Source: Escherichia coli
GTDB taxonomy: Bacteria > Pseudomonadota > Gammaproteobacteria > Enterobacterales > Enterobacteriaceae
Reading direction: 5' to 3' (one strand)
Assembly (NCBI RefSeq): GCF_030384885.1
Contig: NZ_CP128613.1
Length of the DNA: 64,000 nt
In this document: positions 1 to 12,531 of the stretch, in pieces
Layout: each line of letters begins with the position of its first letter
How positions within the stretch are numbered: the stretch's first letter is position 1
The notes under the pieces: generated by a model
What the model was told of the DNA's origin: nothing
The model's input: the letters and a program-made list of their open reading frames with translations, nothing else
Database searches by the model: none
Translations under genes and position numbers: made by a program

Positions 1-554
1 TGTCCAAAATCGCTGACCAGCTGATCGTGGGTGGTGGTATCGCTAACACCTTTATCGCGGCACAAGGCCACGATGTGGGTAAATCCCTGTACGAAGCTGA
101 CCTGGTTGACGAAGCAAAACGTCTGCTGACCACCTGCAACATTCCGGTTCCGTCTGACGTTCGCGTAGCAACTGAGTTCTCTGAAACTGCACCGGCTACC
201 CTGAAATCTGTTAACGATGTGAAAGCTGACGAGCAGATCCTGGATATCGGCGATGCTTCTGCGCAGGAACTGGCTGAAATCCTGAAGAATGCGAAAACCA
301 TTCTGTGGAACGGCCCGGTTGGCGTGTTCGAATTCCCGAACTTCCGCAAAGGTACTGAAATCGTGGCTAACGCTATCGCAGACAGCGAAGCGTTCTCCAT
401 CGCTGGTGGCGGTGACACTCTGGCAGCAATCGACCTGTTCGGCATTGCTGACAAAATCTCCTACATCTCCACTGGCGGCGGCGCATTCCTCGAATTCGTG
501 GAAGGTAAAGTACTGCCTGCAGTAGCGATGCTCGAAGAGCGCGCTAAGAAGTAA
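1..554 (+). CDS. pgk: Phosphoglycerate kinase, C-terminal part (5' end lies outside the window)
   Basis: ORF open from the window edge to TAA at 552-554; translation ends ...[14 protein letters not shown], matching Pgk C-terminus; followed by fbaA as in the pgk-fbaA operon. Confidence 0.93.
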
Positions 555-616
555 AAAATCACAGGGCAGGGAAACCTGCCCTTGTTGCAGCGCGCTTTTA
601 GAGCACGCATTTTTTC

Positions 617-742
617 ATACTCTAAATAATTCGAGTTGCAGGAAGGCGACAAGAGAGTGAATCCCCTGGAGCTTACATAAGTAAGTGACTGGGGTGAGCG
701 AACGCAGACGCAGCACATGCAACTTGAAGTATGACGAGTATA
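617..742 (+). repeat. ERIC/IRU enterobacterial repetitive intergenic consensus element (126 bp)
   Basis: Contains GTGAATCCCCTGGAGCTTACAT and AAGTAAGTGACTGGGGTGAGCG (the ERIC1R-complement and ERIC2 primer motifs); 126 bp near-identical (2 mismatches) to the inverted copy at 12369-12494. Confidence 0.9.
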
Positions 743-768
743 AGGCCCGACGATACAGGACAAGAGAC

Positions 769-1848
769 ATGTCTAAGATTTTTGATTTCGTAAAACCTGG
801 CGTAATCACTGGTGATGACGTACAGAAAGTTTTCCAGGTAGCAAAAGAAAACAACTTCGCACTGCCAGCAGTAAACTGCGTCGGTACTGACTCCATCAAC
901 GCCGTACTGGAAACCGCTGCTAAAGTTAAAGCGCCGGTTATCGTTCAGTTCTCCAACGGTGGTGCTTCCTTTATCGCTGGTAAAGGCGTGAAATCTGACG
1001 TTCCGCAGGGTGCTGCTATCCTGGGTGCGATCTCTGGTGCGCATCACGTTCACCAGATGGCTGAACACTATGGTGTTCCAGTGATCCTGCACACCGACCA
1101 CTGCGCGAAAAAACTGCTGCCGTGGATCGACGGTCTGCTGGACGCGGGTGAAAAACACTTCGCAGCTACCGGTAAGCCGCTGTTCTCTTCTCACATGATC
1201 GACCTGTCTGAAGAATCTCTGCAAGAGAACATCGAAATCTGCTCTAAATACCTGGAGCGTATGTCCAAAATCGGCATGACTCTGGAAATCGAACTGGGTT
1301 GCACCGGTGGTGAAGAAGACGGCGTGGACAACAGCCACATGGACGCTTCTGCACTGTACACCCAGCCGGAAGACGTTGATTACGCATACACCGAGCTGAG
1401 CAAAATCAGCCCGCGCTTCACCATCGCAGCGTCCTTCGGTAACGTACACGGCGTATACAAGCCGGGTAACGTTGTTCTGACTCCGACCATCCTGCGTGAC
1501 TCTCAGGAATATGTTTCCAAGAAACACAACCTGCCGCACAACAGCCTGAACTTCGTATTCCACGGCGGTTCCGGTTCTACTGCTCAGGAAATCAAAGACT
1601 CCGTAAGCTACGGCGTAGTGAAAATGAACATCGATACCGATACCCAATGGGCAACCTGGGAAGGTGTTCTGAACTACTACAAAGCGAACGAAGCTTATCT
1701 GCAGGGTCAGTTGGGCAACCCGAAAGGCGAAGATCAGCCGAACAAGAAATACTACGATCCGCGCGTATGGCTGCGTGCCGGTCAGACTTCGATGATCGCT
1801 CGTCTGGAAAAAGCATTCCAGGAACTGAACGCGATCGACGTTCTGTAA
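769..1848 (+). CDS. fbaA: Fructose-bisphosphate aldolase class II (359 aa)
   Basis: Protein begins MSKIFDFVKPGVITGDDVQK; start ATG 769 preferred over the track's in-frame ATG 685, which lies inside the ERIC repeat. Confidence 0.95.
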   Translation: MSKIFDFVKPGVITGDDVQKVFQVAKENNFALPAVNCVGTDSINAVLETAAKVKAPVIVQFSNGGASFIAGKGVKSDVPQGAAILGAISGAHHVHQMAEHYGVPVILHTDHCAKKLLPWIDGLLDAGEKHFAATGKPLFSSHMIDLSEESLQENIEICSKYLERMSKIGMTLEIELGCTGGEEDGVDNSHMDASALYTQPEDVDYAYTELSKISPRFTIAASFGNVHGVYKPGNVVLTPTILRDSQEYVSKKHNLPHNSLNFVFHGGSGSTAQEIKDSVSYGVVKMNIDTDTQWATWEGVLNYYKANEAYLQGQLGNPKGEDQPNKKYYDPRVWLRAGQTSMIARLEKAFQELNAIDVL

Positions 1849-1872
1849 GATATTCCTTTCTGCTTATCTCAA

Positions 1873-1897
1873 GGCCCGCTCTGCGGGTCTTTTTTTC
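1873..1897 (+). terminator. Rho-independent terminator after fbaA
   Basis: GC hairpin GCCCGCTCTGCGGGT followed by a T7 run. Confidence 0.75.
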
Positions 1898-2038
1898 GCC
1901 AAAAGCAAGGTGATGCAGATGAGAAATCTGTGATCTATTTGGCAAAATTATGCTTTATTGTTTACCCTTGTCAGACTGCCCGTCATAAGGCGGCGGAGTG
2001 TATTTCTCCATTTTGAGTCAGTTGAAAAGGAATATTGA

Positions 2039-2899
<861 letters not shown>

Positions 2900-2908
2900 T
2901 CAACGCTG

Positions 2909-2950
2909 AGGCCAGATAATACTCTCTGGCCTCTCTCTTATTAGTTTTTC
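2909..2950 (+). terminator. Putative intrinsic terminator after mscS
   Basis: Inverted repeat GAGGCCAGA...TCTGGCCTC followed by a T-rich tract. Confidence 0.55.
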
Positions 2951-3037
2951 TGATTGCCAATTAATATTATCAATTTCCGCTAATAACAATCCCGCGATAT
3001 AGTCTCTTCATCAGATACTTAATTCGGAATATCCAAC

Positions 3038-3673
3038 GTGTTTTCTTATTACTTTCAAGGTCTTGCACTTGGGGCAGCTATGATCCTGCCGCTCGGTCCA
3101 CAAAATGCTTTTGTGATGAATCAGGGCATTCGTCGTCAGTACCACATTATGATTGCCTTACTTTGTGCTATCAGCGATTTGGTCCTGATTTGCGCCGGGA
3201 TTTTTGGTGGCAGTGCGTTATTGATGCAGTCGCCGTGGTTGCTTGCGCTGGTCACCTGGGGCGGCGTAGCCTTCTTGCTGTGGTATGGTTTTGGCGCTTT
3301 TAAAACCGCAATGAGCAGTAATATTGAGTTAGCCAGTGCCGAAGTCATGAAGCAAGGCAGATGGAAAATTATCGCCACCATGTTGGCAGTGACCTGGCTG
3401 AATCCGCATGTTTACCTGGATACTTTTGTGGTGCTGGGTAGCCTTGGGGGGCAGCTTGATGTTGAACCAAAACGTTGGTTTGCGCTCGGGACAATTAGCG
3501 CCTCTTTCCTGTGGTTCTTTGGTCTGGCTCTTCTCGCAGCCTGGCTGGCACCGCGCCTGCGCACGGCAAAATCACAGCGCATTATCAATCTGGTAGTGGG
3601 ATGTGTTATGTGGTTTATTGCCTTGCAGCTGGCGAGAGACGGTATTGCTCATGCACAAGCCTTGTTCAGTTAG
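3038..3673 (+). CDS. argO: Arginine exporter ArgO (LysE family, 211 aa), GTG start
   Basis: Translation [25 protein letters not shown]...; LysE-type membrane protein in the position of argO/yggA. Confidence 0.9.
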   Translation: MFSYYFQGLALGAAMILPLGPQNAFVMNQGIRRQYHIMIALLCAISDLVLICAGIFGGSALLMQSPWLLALVTWGGVAFLLWYGFGAFKTAMSSNIELASAEVMKQGRWKIIATMLAVTWLNPHVYLDTFVVLGSLGGQLDVEPKRWFALGTISASFLWFFGLALLAAWLAPRLRTAKSQRIINLVVGCVMWFIALQLARDGIAHAQALFS

Positions 3674-3765
3674 GCGCTATCTGATGGAAAAATAAAACAG
3701 AGGCGCTAAGCTTGCCTCCAGAGGTCCTGAATTTTGGGCAAGTCAATTAACACGGAGAGACTAAC

Positions 3766-4506
3766 GTGAAGTTCAAAGTTATCGCCCTGGCGGCATTAAT
3801 GGGTATTAGCGGGATGGCAGCGCAGGCTAACGAATTGCCGGATGGACCGCATATTGTCACCTCCGGTACGGCAAGCGTGGATGCGGTGCCAGACATTGCC
3901 ACTCTTGCGATTGAAGTCAACGTGGCCGCGAAGGATGCCGCTACTGCCAAGAAACAGGCGGATGAGCGCGTCGCACAATACATTTCCTTCCTTGAACTCA
4001 ATCAGATCGCGAAAAAAGATATCAGCTCAGCGAACTTACGCACCCAGCCAGATTATGATTATCAGGATGGTAAAAGTATCCTGAAAGGCTACCGTGCTGT
4101 GAGAACGGTGGAAGTCACGCTCCGTCAGTTAGACAAACTGAATTCCTTGCTGGATGGTGCGCTGAAGGCGGGTCTTAACGAAATTCGTTCTGTATCGCTG
4201 GGCGTGGCGCAGCCGGATGCCTATAAAGACAAAGCGCGTAAGGCAGCGATTGATAACGCGATTCATCAGGCGCAGGAACTGGCGAACGGCTTTCATCGTA
4301 AACTAGGGCCGGTATATAGCGTGCGCTACCATGTTTCCAACTATCAGCCCAGCCCAATGGTGCGGATGATGAAAGCCGATGCCGCGCCGGTCTCAGCCCA
4401 GGAAACTTACGAGCAGGCTGCTATTCAGTTTGATGATCAGGTCGATGTGGTCTTCCAGTTAGAACCTGTGGATCAACAACCCGCTAAAACACCTGCCGCA
4501 CAATAA
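3766..4506 (+). CDS. yggE: YggE, periplasmic DUF541/SIMPL-family oxidative-stress protein (246 aa)
   Basis: Signal peptide MKFKVIALAALMGISGMAAQA; synteny with argO. Confidence 0.88.
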   Translation: MKFKVIALAALMGISGMAAQANELPDGPHIVTSGTASVDAVPDIATLAIEVNVAAKDAATAKKQADERVAQYISFLELNQIAKKDISSANLRTQPDYDYQDGKSILKGYRAVRTVEVTLRQLDKLNSLLDGALKAGLNEIRSVSLGVAQPDAYKDKARKAAIDNAIHQAQELANGFHRKLGPVYSVRYHVSNYQPSPMVRMMKADAAPVSAQETYEQAAIQFDDQVDVVFQLEPVDQQPAKTPAAQ

Positions 4507-4673
4507 TACTTGTAGCCCGACGTATTGGTCGGGCTAATGCCTTTACCCGATATTGCCTCCTTTTTCTGTAATTTTCTGTAAAACCATGACGTAATCACCT
4601 ATCTTTGCTCGCGGTTTCATCAAGGATAGGCTGACTGAAACGGTTAAGCGGACAAGGATGCGGGGGAGCGGGG

Positions 4674-5570
4674 ATGGACATTTTTATTTCGAAAAAGATG
4701 CGCAATTTCATTTTATTAGCGCAAACCAATAATATTGCCCGGGCGGCAGAAAAAATCCATATGACGGCTTCGCCATTTGGCAAAAGCATTGCCGCGCTGG
4801 AAGAACAAATTGGCTATACGCTATTTACCCGCAAAGATAATAATATCAGCCTCAATAAAGCCGGGCAGGAACTGTATCAAAAACTGTTCCCGGTTTATCA
4901 ACGGCTTTCTGCGATTGATAATGAAATCCATAACTCAGGACGTCGTTCACGAGAAATTGTGATAGGCATAGATAATACTTATCCGACCATTATTTTTGAT
5001 CAGTTGATTAGTCTCGGAGATAAGTACGAAGGCGTGACCGCCCAGCCAGTTGAGTTCAGCGAAAACGGCGTTATCGATAATCTTTTTGACCGTCAGTTAG
5101 ATTTTATAATCTCCCCACAGCATGTATCTGCACGAGTTCAGGAACTGGAAAACCTGACTATCAGTGAACTACCACCGCTGCGATTGGGCTTTCTCGTTTC
5201 TCGCCGTTATGAAGAGCGACAAGAGCAAGAGTTGCTTCAGGAGCTACCGTGGCTACAAATGCGCTTTCAGAACCGGGCCAACTTCGAAGCAATGATTGAT
5301 GCGAATATGCGTCCTTGTGGGATCAATCCCACCATTATTTATCGACCTTACAGTTTTATGGCCAAAATCAGCGCCGTGGAGCGCGGACATTTTCTGACGG
5401 TGATCCCGCATTTTGCCTGGCGACTGGTGAATCCGGCAACGCTGAAATATTTTGATGCGCCGCACAAGCCGATGTATATGCAGGAATATCTTTATTCAAT
5501 CAGAAATCATCGATATACCGCCACGATGCTTCAGCATATTGCTGAAGATCGTGACGGGACGAGTCATTAA
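4674..5570 (+). CDS. ygfI: LysR-family transcriptional regulator YgfI (298 aa)
   Basis: N-terminal HTH (NIARAAEKIHMTASPFGKSIAALEEQIG) and LysR substrate-binding domain; sits next to the sbm operon. Confidence 0.85.
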   Translation: MDIFISKKMRNFILLAQTNNIARAAEKIHMTASPFGKSIAALEEQIGYTLFTRKDNNISLNKAGQELYQKLFPVYQRLSAIDNEIHNSGRRSREIVIGIDNTYPTIIFDQLISLGDKYEGVTAQPVEFSENGVIDNLFDRQLDFIISPQHVSARVQELENLTISELPPLRLGFLVSRRYEERQEQELLQELPWLQMRFQNRANFEAMIDANMRPCGINPTIIYRPYSFMAKISAVERGHFLTVIPHFAWRLVNPATLKYFDAPHKPMYMQEYLYSIRNHRYTATMLQHIAEDRDGTSH

Positions 5571-7045
5571 CCCAGCATCGAGCCGGTTGCGATTAAATTA
5601 CGGTGTAAGTCAAAGACGTGGCTAAGATCGTGGTGAATATGTCCGCCGGGCGCATTTTCCAGATAGCGATGCAGATAATCCCGATACATAGGATGTGCAC
5701 AATTATCAATGATGGTGCGGGCGCGTTGAAGCGGGGAAAGACCACGCAGATCGGCGATCCCTTGTTCGGTGATGATCACTTTGACGCTGTGTTCGCTGTG
5801 ATCAACATGGCTGCACATTGGCACGACGGTTGAGATCTTGCCTTCTTTAGCAATCGACGGGGCCATAAAGATCGACAGATACGCGTTGCGTTCAAAATCA
5901 CCGCTGCCACCGATGCCGTTCATCAGATCGACCCCGGCTACGTGCGTTGAGTTGGCATGCCCGTAAATATCAAACTCCAGGCCGACGTTCAGAGCGATGA
6001 CGCCCAGACGACGGATGATTTCCGGGTTATTGGAAATCTCCTGCGGACGCAACACAATGCGGCTGGCAAAGTAATCCATATTGTCGTAAATCTTGCGCAG
6101 GGAATCGGCCGAGATAGTCAGGCTGGAGGCGCTGGCCCCGCTGATTTTGCCCGTTTCCAGTAAATGCACCACCGATTCCTGTAGCACTTCCGAATACATC
6201 ATGAACGGAGGAATTTCCGGGTTTTCCCCTAGTCGCGCCATGACTGCATTATTGATATTGCCCACGCCACTTTGCAGCGGCAGAAATTCCGGCGGAATAC
6301 GCCCATGCGCCATTTCCTGCAACAAGAACGTGACCACGTTATCGGCAATCTGCTGGCACATGGGATTTTGCTTATCCAGCATATTACCGGCGTCGGGCAA
6401 GTTGGTTTCCACGACGGCGACAATCTTTTTCGGATCGATTTGCACATAGCGGGTACCGACGCGATCCATTGCATGGAAGATCGACACGCTATTGCGCCGC
6501 GGTGGCGCGCCAGGAATCACAATATCCGCCAGTTCTGCAACGCGCGGATCGTGATAGTGATTGAGTTCAATGATCACTTTCTTCGCCCGCAGCAGCCAGG
6601 TCGGCGCATTACCGATCCCGCTGGTTAACCAGACTCGACCATCCGGTGCCAGTGCCGATGCTTCAATGACGGCAACATCAATTTCGCCGAAGAAACCGTA
6701 ATTGACCATTTGCGCCACTTCGCTCAAATGCAGGTCAACGAAACTCACCGCGCCCTGATTGATCTTTTTACGTAAACCGGACGATGTTTGATATGGCGCA
6801 CGCCAGGAAACAGCATCGGCGTCAGAAAGTACATCGTCAGCGGCGGCGCTGATTGACGCCCCCGTCAGCAGGCGGATTTGATACGGCTTTTTGGCCTCAT
6901 GCTGTTCGTTAGCTCTGCGGGCAATCGCGTTGGGTAGGGCTTTCGGCGAACCCGCCGGGGTAAAGCCGCTAAATGCCACCATGTCGTTATGCTGGATAAT
7001 TTCTGCCGCTTCATCGGCGGTCATCCTTGTCCACTGAGTTTCCAT
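5567..7045 (-). CDS. scpC: Propionyl-CoA:succinate CoA-transferase (492 aa)
   Basis: Acetyl-CoA hydrolase/transferase-family sequence; last gene of the sbm-argK-scpB-scpC operon. Confidence 0.92.
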   Translation of the reverse strand: METQWTRMTADEAAEIIQHNDMVAFSGFTPAGSPKALPNAIARRANEQHEAKKPYQIRLLTGASISAAADDVLSDADAVSWRAPYQTSSGLRKKINQGAVSFVDLHLSEVAQMVNYGFFGEIDVAVIEASALAPDGRVWLTSGIGNAPTWLLRAKKVIIELNHYHDPRVAELADIVIPGAPPRRNSVSIFHAMDRVGTRYVQIDPKKIVAVVETNLPDAGNMLDKQNPMCQQIADNVVTFLLQEMAHGRIPPEFLPLQSGVGNINNAVMARLGENPEIPPFMMYSEVLQESVVHLLETGKISGASASSLTISADSLRKIYDNMDYFASRIVLRPQEISNNPEIIRRLGVIALNVGLEFDIYGHANSTHVAGVDLMNGIGGSGDFERNAYLSIFMAPSIAKEGKISTVVPMCSHVDHSEHSVKVIITEQGIADLRGLSPLQRARTIIDNCAHPMYRDYLHRYLENAPGGHIHHDLSHVFDLHRNLIATGSMLG

Positions 7046-7068
7046 TTTTACTCCTTCGATCGCAGGGA

Positions 7069-7854
7069 TTAATGACCAACGAAATTAGGTTTACGTTTTT
7101 CGAGGAAAGCGTTCATCCCTTCCTGGTAATCTTCGCTGTCATAAACCGCGCGGCGCATCCCCTGAATACGTTCAAATTCATCGGAGTTCATGGTGTGCGC
7201 TTCGCCCAGTACACGCAGTTCTTCTTTGATAACGGCAATGGCTAACGGCGCTTTCTCAGAGATGTGGTGCGCCATTTGTAAGGTGAAATCTTCCAGTTCT
7301 TCCACTTCCACAACATGGTTGAGGATGCCGACAGCCAGCGCGCGCTGGGCTGTGATTGGCGAAGCGGTAAAAATCAGCTCTTTGACAATGTGGAAGCCCG
7401 CGTCGCGGGTCAGGTTGTGAATGCCGACCAGGTTATACGGGACGCCGAGGTTTACAGGCGTCATTGAGAAGGTTGAGGTACTGGCGGCGATGATCAGATC
7501 GGAACTCATGATCATTTCAAATGCGCCCCCCCAAACACTACCTTCCACCATCGAAATGATCGGTTTCGGGAATTTTTGGATCATGCGGGTGATTTGACGC
7601 AACGGATCATCATAGGAGAGCGGATCGCGACCGCCAGACGGCAGTTCGTGAATATCGTGACCTGCGGAGAAGACTTTGGATCCACTCGGCGCGCGCAAAA
7701 TGATACAGCGAATTTCCGGCCGGTTGAGATCGCTTAATGCCTGCATAAGATCATCAATAAAGACTTTACTTAAGGCATTAAGTTTTCGGCCATAGTTAAA
7801 CTCAATGACCGCCACTTTGTTGATAGTGACAACGTTCACATACTGATAAGACAT
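7069..7854 (-). CDS. scpB: Methylmalonyl-CoA decarboxylase (crotonase fold, 261 aa)
   Basis: Begins MSYQYVNVVTINKVAVIEFNYGRKLNALSK; start 7854 chosen rather than the track's upstream ATG 7896. Confidence 0.9.
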   Translation of the reverse strand: MSYQYVNVVTINKVAVIEFNYGRKLNALSKVFIDDLMQALSDLNRPEIRCIILRAPSGSKVFSAGHDIHELPSGGRDPLSYDDPLRQITRMIQKFPKPIISMVEGSVWGGAFEMIMSSDLIIAASTSTFSMTPVNLGVPYNLVGIHNLTRDAGFHIVKELIFTASPITAQRALAVGILNHVVEVEELEDFTLQMAHHISEKAPLAIAVIKEELRVLGEAHTMNSDEFERIQGMRRAVYDSEDYQEGMNAFLEKRKPNFVGH

Positions 7855-7864
7855 AAAAATTCCT

Positions 7865-8860
7865 TTAATCAAAATATTGCGTCTGGATAAATTCACTGAG
7901 CTGTCGCAGGCCGGTGCGCGGTGAGAGCGTATTGTTTTTGACCGCTAAAAGCGTCTGGCGGTAATAGCGATCGAAATCTTCATTCGCGAACAGGTGATTC
8001 AGTACTTCTTCTTCGGTTTGTTTACGCAGCCATTCCACCGATTGTTGTTGCCGCACTTGCTGTAAACGACCACTGGCAGTTAGCGCGGTTTTGAAGTCGA
8101 TGATGGCGTGCCAGATCTCATCGATTCCACGTTTTTCCAGTGCGCTACAAGTCAGAACTCGTGGCTGCCATTCGTCGTATTTACGTCGCAGAATATGCAG
8201 GGCACTCTCGTACATATGCCGGGCAATGGCGACATTGGTATGGTTATCGCCATCGTCTTTGTTGATAACGATCAGATCTGCCACTTCCATCAGCCCCTTT
8301 TTAATCCCCTGCAGATCATCGCCGCCACCGGCAATTTGCAACGAGATAAAACAGTCCACCATGCGGGCAACTTCCGTTTCCGACTGTCCGACGCCAACCG
8401 TTTCGACAATCACTACGTCATAACCCGCCGCTTCGCATAACAGCATTAATTCCCGCGCTCGCTGACTGGCACCGCCCAGATGGCCGGAGGATGGTACCGG
8501 GCGAATAAACGCCGCCTCGGCACGCGCCAGGTCATTCATGCGGGTTTTATCCCCGAGAATGCTACCGCCAGTGACCGGGCTGCTGGGATCGACCGCAATA
8601 ACTGCAACCTTTAATCCCTCACGAATCAACAACATGCCAAAGGCTTCAAGAAAGGTACTTTTCCCCGCGCCGGGTGTGCCGGTAACACCCAGTCGCAGGG
8701 CGTTACCACAGAACGGCATAATGGCATCAAGCAGTTGCGTACTTAGCGCCTGATGACGCGGGTGACGGCTTTCCACCAGCGTCATGGCCTGGGCGAGCGT
8801 GGCACGCTCACCCTGACGTAAGCGGCGAATACTTTCTGCCAGCGTGGCTTCATTAATCAT
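7865..8860 (-). CDS. argK: MeaB/ArgK-type GTPase, methylmalonyl-CoA mutase accessory protein (331 aa)
   Basis: P-loop GTPGAGKST; overlaps the scpA stop by 8 nt. Confidence 0.92.
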   Translation of the reverse strand: MINEATLAESIRRLRQGERATLAQAMTLVESRHPRHQALSTQLLDAIMPFCGNALRLGVTGTPGAGKSTFLEAFGMLLIREGLKVAVIAVDPSSPVTGGSILGDKTRMNDLARAEAAFIRPVPSSGHLGGASQRARELMLLCEAAGYDVVIVETVGVGQSETEVARMVDCFISLQIAGGGDDLQGIKKGLMEVADLIVINKDDGDNHTNVAIARHMYESALHILRRKYDEWQPRVLTCSALEKRGIDEIWHAIIDFKTALTASGRLQQVRQQQSVEWLRKQTEEEVLNHLFANEDFDRYYRQTLLAVKNNTLSPRTGLRQLSEFIQTQYFD

Positions 8861-10997
8861 GATGCTGGCTTATCAGATTCAGTACGTCGCGCACGCTGTC
8901 GAGCATAGGCGTACCTGGACCATAAATCGCCGCCACGCCGCGCTCCTGCAGGAAGGCGTAATCCTGCGGTGGAATGACGCCACCCGCGACCACGAAAATA
9001 TCTTCGCGATTCCATTTCTTCAGCGCTTCGACCAGTTCCGGGATCAGCGTTTTATGACCGGCAGCCAGTGAAGATGCGCCCACTATGTGAACGTCGTTTT
9101 CTACTGCCAGGCGGGCGATCTCTTCAGGTGTAGAGAACATCGGGCTTAAATCTACGTCGAAACCGAGATCGGAATAGGCGCTGGCGATCACTTTCGCGCC
9201 GCGATCGTGCCCATCCTGGCCCATTTTGGCGATCAGAATGCGCGGGCGACGACCATTGTCGGCAAGGAACTGCTCTGTTTGCGCAACAATGGCATCGAAC
9301 TCGGAGGCCGATTTTTCCGACTGATGATAGCTTTGCGCAATTACGCCGGTAACACACTGGCTTGGCACCAGATAACGGTCAAAAGCGGCTTCCAGCGCAT
9401 CGGATATTTCACCCAGGGTGGCGCGAACGCGAGCGGCATTAACAGCGGCAGCCAGCAGGTTTTCGTTATGCTGTGCGGCGTGAGTCAGGGCGTTCAACGC
9501 GGCGGTTACGGCGGCATCATCACGGGTGGCGCGAATGCGTTCCAGCGAAGCAATTTGCTCGTTACGCACCATCACGTTGTCGATCTCAAGTACATCGGTT
9601 TCGTCTTCGTGATCCAGTTTGTACTTGTTGACACCAACGATGACACGCTTGCCCTGGTCGATCAACGACTGTTCGCGCGCGGAGGCCTCTTCGATCATTC
9701 GTTTTGGCAGACCTGCTTCGATCGCTTTCGCCATGCCACCGGCTTCGTCGATCTGTTGGATAATGGCTCTGGCTTGTTTGACGATTTGATCGGTCAGCGA
9801 TTCAACGTAATAGGATCCGGCCAGTGGATCGACGGTGCGGCAGAGTTCTGATTCTTCCTGAATGATGATCTGGGTATTGCGGGCAATGCGTGCTGAGAAA
9901 TCGGTAGGCAAACCAAGCGCTTCATCAAAGGCGTTGGTATGCAGTGACTGAGTACCGCCCAGCGTTGCAGCCAGTGCTTCAATGGTGGTGCGGATAACGT
10001 TGTTATACGGATCCTGTTCAGTCAGGCTCCAGCCTGAGGTCTGGCAGTGGGTACGCAGCGCCAGTGATTTCGGATCCTGTGCGCCAAATCCACTGACCGC
10101 TTCGCTCCATAAATAACGTGCCGCACGCAACATGGCGACGTTCATAAACAGATCCATGCCAATGCCGAAGAAAAACGACAGGCGAGGAGCGAAGTCATCA
10201 ATTTTCAGCCCAGCGGAGATTGCTGCTTTGATGTACTCAATCCCATCAGCGAGCGTAAATGCTACCTGCTGCACGCAGTTGGCACCCGCTTCACCCATAT
10301 GGTAACCGCTGATACTGATGGTATTAAAGCGAGGCATGTTGCCAGAACACCAGGCAATGATGTCTGCGATAATACGCATTGACGGTTTCGGCGGGTAAAT
10401 ATAGGTGTTGCGGCAGAGATACTCTTTGAGGATATCGTTCTGAATGGTGCCTGTCAGTTTATCGGGCGTAACTCCTTGCTCTTCTGCGGCGACGATATAA
10501 AACGCCAGTACGGGTAACACTGCGCCATTCATGGTCATCGAAACCGACATTTTATCCAGCGGGATCTGGTCGAACAGGACTTTCATATCTTCCACGGTGT
10601 CGATAGCAACGCCCGCTTTGCCGACGTCGCCCGCCACGCGCGGGTTATCGGAGTCGTAGCCACGGTGGGTGGCAAGGTCAAACGCAACGGAAAGACCTTT
10701 TTGCCCGGCGGCCAGGTTACGGCGATAAAAAGCGTTGGACTCTTTTGCTGTTGAAAAACCAGCATACTGACGGATGGTCCACGGTTGGGCGGTATACATA
10801 GTGGCACGCGGGCCACGAACGTAGGGTGGCAAACCAGGAAGGGTACCGGTCACTTCCAGATTATCGAGATCGGCTTCAGTATACAGCGGCTTGATGGCGA
10901 TCCCTTCTGCGGTTTGCTGAACCAGCGAGTCGACAGTTTTCTCCCGACGGCTCAATTCCTTGTTGGCAAGCTGTTGCCACTCCTGCACGTTAGACAT
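8853..10997 (-). CDS. scpA: Methylmalonyl-CoA mutase (cobalamin-dependent, 'sleeping beauty mutase', 714 aa)
   Basis: Begins [24 protein letters not shown]; C-terminal B12-binding domain (DxHxxG-type, ...[13 protein letters not shown]...). Confidence 0.93.
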   Translation of the reverse strand: MSNVQEWQQLANKELSRREKTVDSLVQQTAEGIAIKPLYTEADLDNLEVTGTLPGLPPYVRGPRATMYTAQPWTIRQYAGFSTAKESNAFYRRNLAAGQKGLSVAFDLATHRGYDSDNPRVAGDVGKAGVAIDTVEDMKVLFDQIPLDKMSVSMTMNGAVLPVLAFYIVAAEEQGVTPDKLTGTIQNDILKEYLCRNTYIYPPKPSMRIIADIIAWCSGNMPRFNTISISGYHMGEAGANCVQQVAFTLADGIEYIKAAISAGLKIDDFAPRLSFFFGIGMDLFMNVAMLRAARYLWSEAVSGFGAQDPKSLALRTHCQTSGWSLTEQDPYNNVIRTTIEALAATLGGTQSLHTNAFDEALGLPTDFSARIARNTQIIIQEESELCRTVDPLAGSYYVESLTDQIVKQARAIIQQIDEAGGMAKAIEAGLPKRMIEEASAREQSLIDQGKRVIVGVNKYKLDHEDETDVLEIDNVMVRNEQIASLERIRATRDDAAVTAALNALTHAAQHNENLLAAAVNAARVRATLGEISDALEAAFDRYLVPSQCVTGVIAQSYHQSEKSASEFDAIVAQTEQFLADNGRRPRILIAKMGQDGHDRGAKVIASAYSDLGFDVDLSPMFSTPEEIARLAVENDVHIVGASSLAAGHKTLIPELVEALKKWNREDIFVVAGGVIPPQDYAFLQERGVAAIYGPGTPMLDSVRDVLNLISQHHD

Positions 10998-11200
10998 TAT
11001 TTGCTCCATAAAACGCAATCAAAATGAGGGTATTTGCGCTTACGGTGAGCTTTTTACGTGGGTTTGTCGCCAGCAAAAAAAATGCATTCAGACGTCGTTT
11101 TTTGCCGCCTGAGATTTGTCTATTTTGTGATGTGATTCAAGGAATACAAAAAGAACTGGAGGTGATGCCTGGTATGTATTACCAGGCATTATTTGATGGA

Positions 11201-12094
11201 TTATTCCTGACGAAGAACTTTGTGACCATAATCGAGCAACGCATCAGTGACTTTACGCATCATGCGGCTTTCAGGAGCAAAGCGGTGCCAGTAGAGCATC
11301 CGGCGTTGAAATAGCCCTGGCGTTAAGTCAATCAGTTCGCCGCTGGCCAGTTCTTTCTCGATTTGCAGATGTGGGATCATACAGCAGGTGGTCCCCTGAC
11401 GAGCAAGTTGCACGAACGCTTCTGAAGAATTAACGATATGGCAGGGTACGCTGCCTGGAGGCAGATCAAAGTTTTGCTGCAAAAAGGCCTGGTGCATATC
11501 ATCAAGATGGTCAAACGCGACCACTGGCGCTTTCAGTAATGCCGAACGCGTTACGCCGTTAGGGAAATATTTTTCGGCGAACGGTTTTGAGCTGACGAAC
11601 AGATAGTCGAGCGCACCGAGCTTATCGACAAGACAACTCGGTAGCGCCTGATGTTGAATACTCACCGCGCCGACCACTTCGCCGCGACGCAGACGTTCCT
11701 GAGTGCGGGTTTCATCTTCTACCTGCAAGTTGAGGCGGATAGGCGAATCAGCTAACACAGGAGCCAGCGCCGGAAGCAACCACGTCGCCAGACTGTCAGC
11801 GTTGACCGCCAGTGAAAGCAGCAGCGGAGTTGAACCGGTTTGTTCATCGCCCAGCCACTCTTCTTCCAGTAACTCCACCTGGCGTAGCAGTGCCAGCAGT
11901 TTTTGCCCTTGTTCCGTCGGGCGCGGCGGTACGGTACGCACCAACAGCGGCTGCCCGAACATATTTTCCAGTTGCTTAATGCGCTGTGAGACGGCTGATT
12001 GTGTAATGCACAGCTTTTGTGCCGCGCGCTCAAATCCTCGTTCACGTATCACCGCATCCAGTGCCTGTAATGTTCTGTAGTCCGGGCGTTTCAT
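11201..12094 (-). CDS. argP: LysR-family regulator ArgP/IciA (297 aa)
   Basis: Begins [43 protein letters not shown]; the 22-codon upstream extension in the track is rejected. Confidence 0.92.
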   Translation of the reverse strand: MKRPDYRTLQALDAVIRERGFERAAQKLCITQSAVSQRIKQLENMFGQPLLVRTVPPRPTEQGQKLLALLRQVELLEEEWLGDEQTGSTPLLLSLAVNADSLATWLLPALAPVLADSPIRLNLQVEDETRTQERLRRGEVVGAVSIQHQALPSCLVDKLGALDYLFVSSKPFAEKYFPNGVTRSALLKAPVVAFDHLDDMHQAFLQQNFDLPPGSVPCHIVNSSEAFVQLARQGTTCCMIPHLQIEKELASGELIDLTPGLFQRRMLYWHRFAPESRMMRKVTDALLDYGHKVLRQE

Positions 12095-12368
12095 TGCTGT
12101 TGTCTGCTCCTGGTAAATGCTTTTTCCTGCACTATGACACAATTTTGCGTCAGGTTGCATATACCGAAGCCGTCGGCGGGTACATTTGTATCAGTGGTTA
12201 AACACGCAGCTTAAAAGATCAGGGATTTGCGCTATTGCATTTCGCTCAGCGAGTTCGCGCCCTGGAGCGGCATACCCAGAACTTTATATGCTTTGTTTGC
12301 GGGGCGAAAGTTTATGGATGAGTTAACCACGCGACTTGCCAACGGGGTCTGAATCGCTTTTTTTTGTA

Positions 12369-12494
12369 TATACTCGTCATACTTCAAGTTGCATGTGCTG
12401 CGTCTGCGTTCGCTCACCCCAGTCACTTACTTCTGTAAGCTCCTGGGGATTCACTCTCTTGTCGCCTTCCTGCAACTCGAATTATTTAGAGTAT
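12369..12494 (-). repeat. ERIC/IRU element, inverted copy
   Basis: Reverse complement of 617-742 with 2 mismatches; lies in the argP-rpiA intergenic region. Confidence 0.9.
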
Positions 12495-12531
12495 AATGCG
12501 AGTGAAATTTCATACCACAGGCGAAACGATC

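Noticed and set aside
685-768. Upstream in-frame extension of fbaA (MTGVSERRRSTCNLKYDEY...), also seen as ORF 12232-12426
   Set aside because: The shared peptide is encoded by the ERIC repeat itself, present at both loci; it is not a conserved coding region.
673-1647. 324-aa ORF antisense to fbaA
   Set aside because: Lies entirely within, and opposite to, the well-supported fbaA gene; no recognisable protein features. Long antisense ORFs are typical of highly expressed, codon-biased genes.
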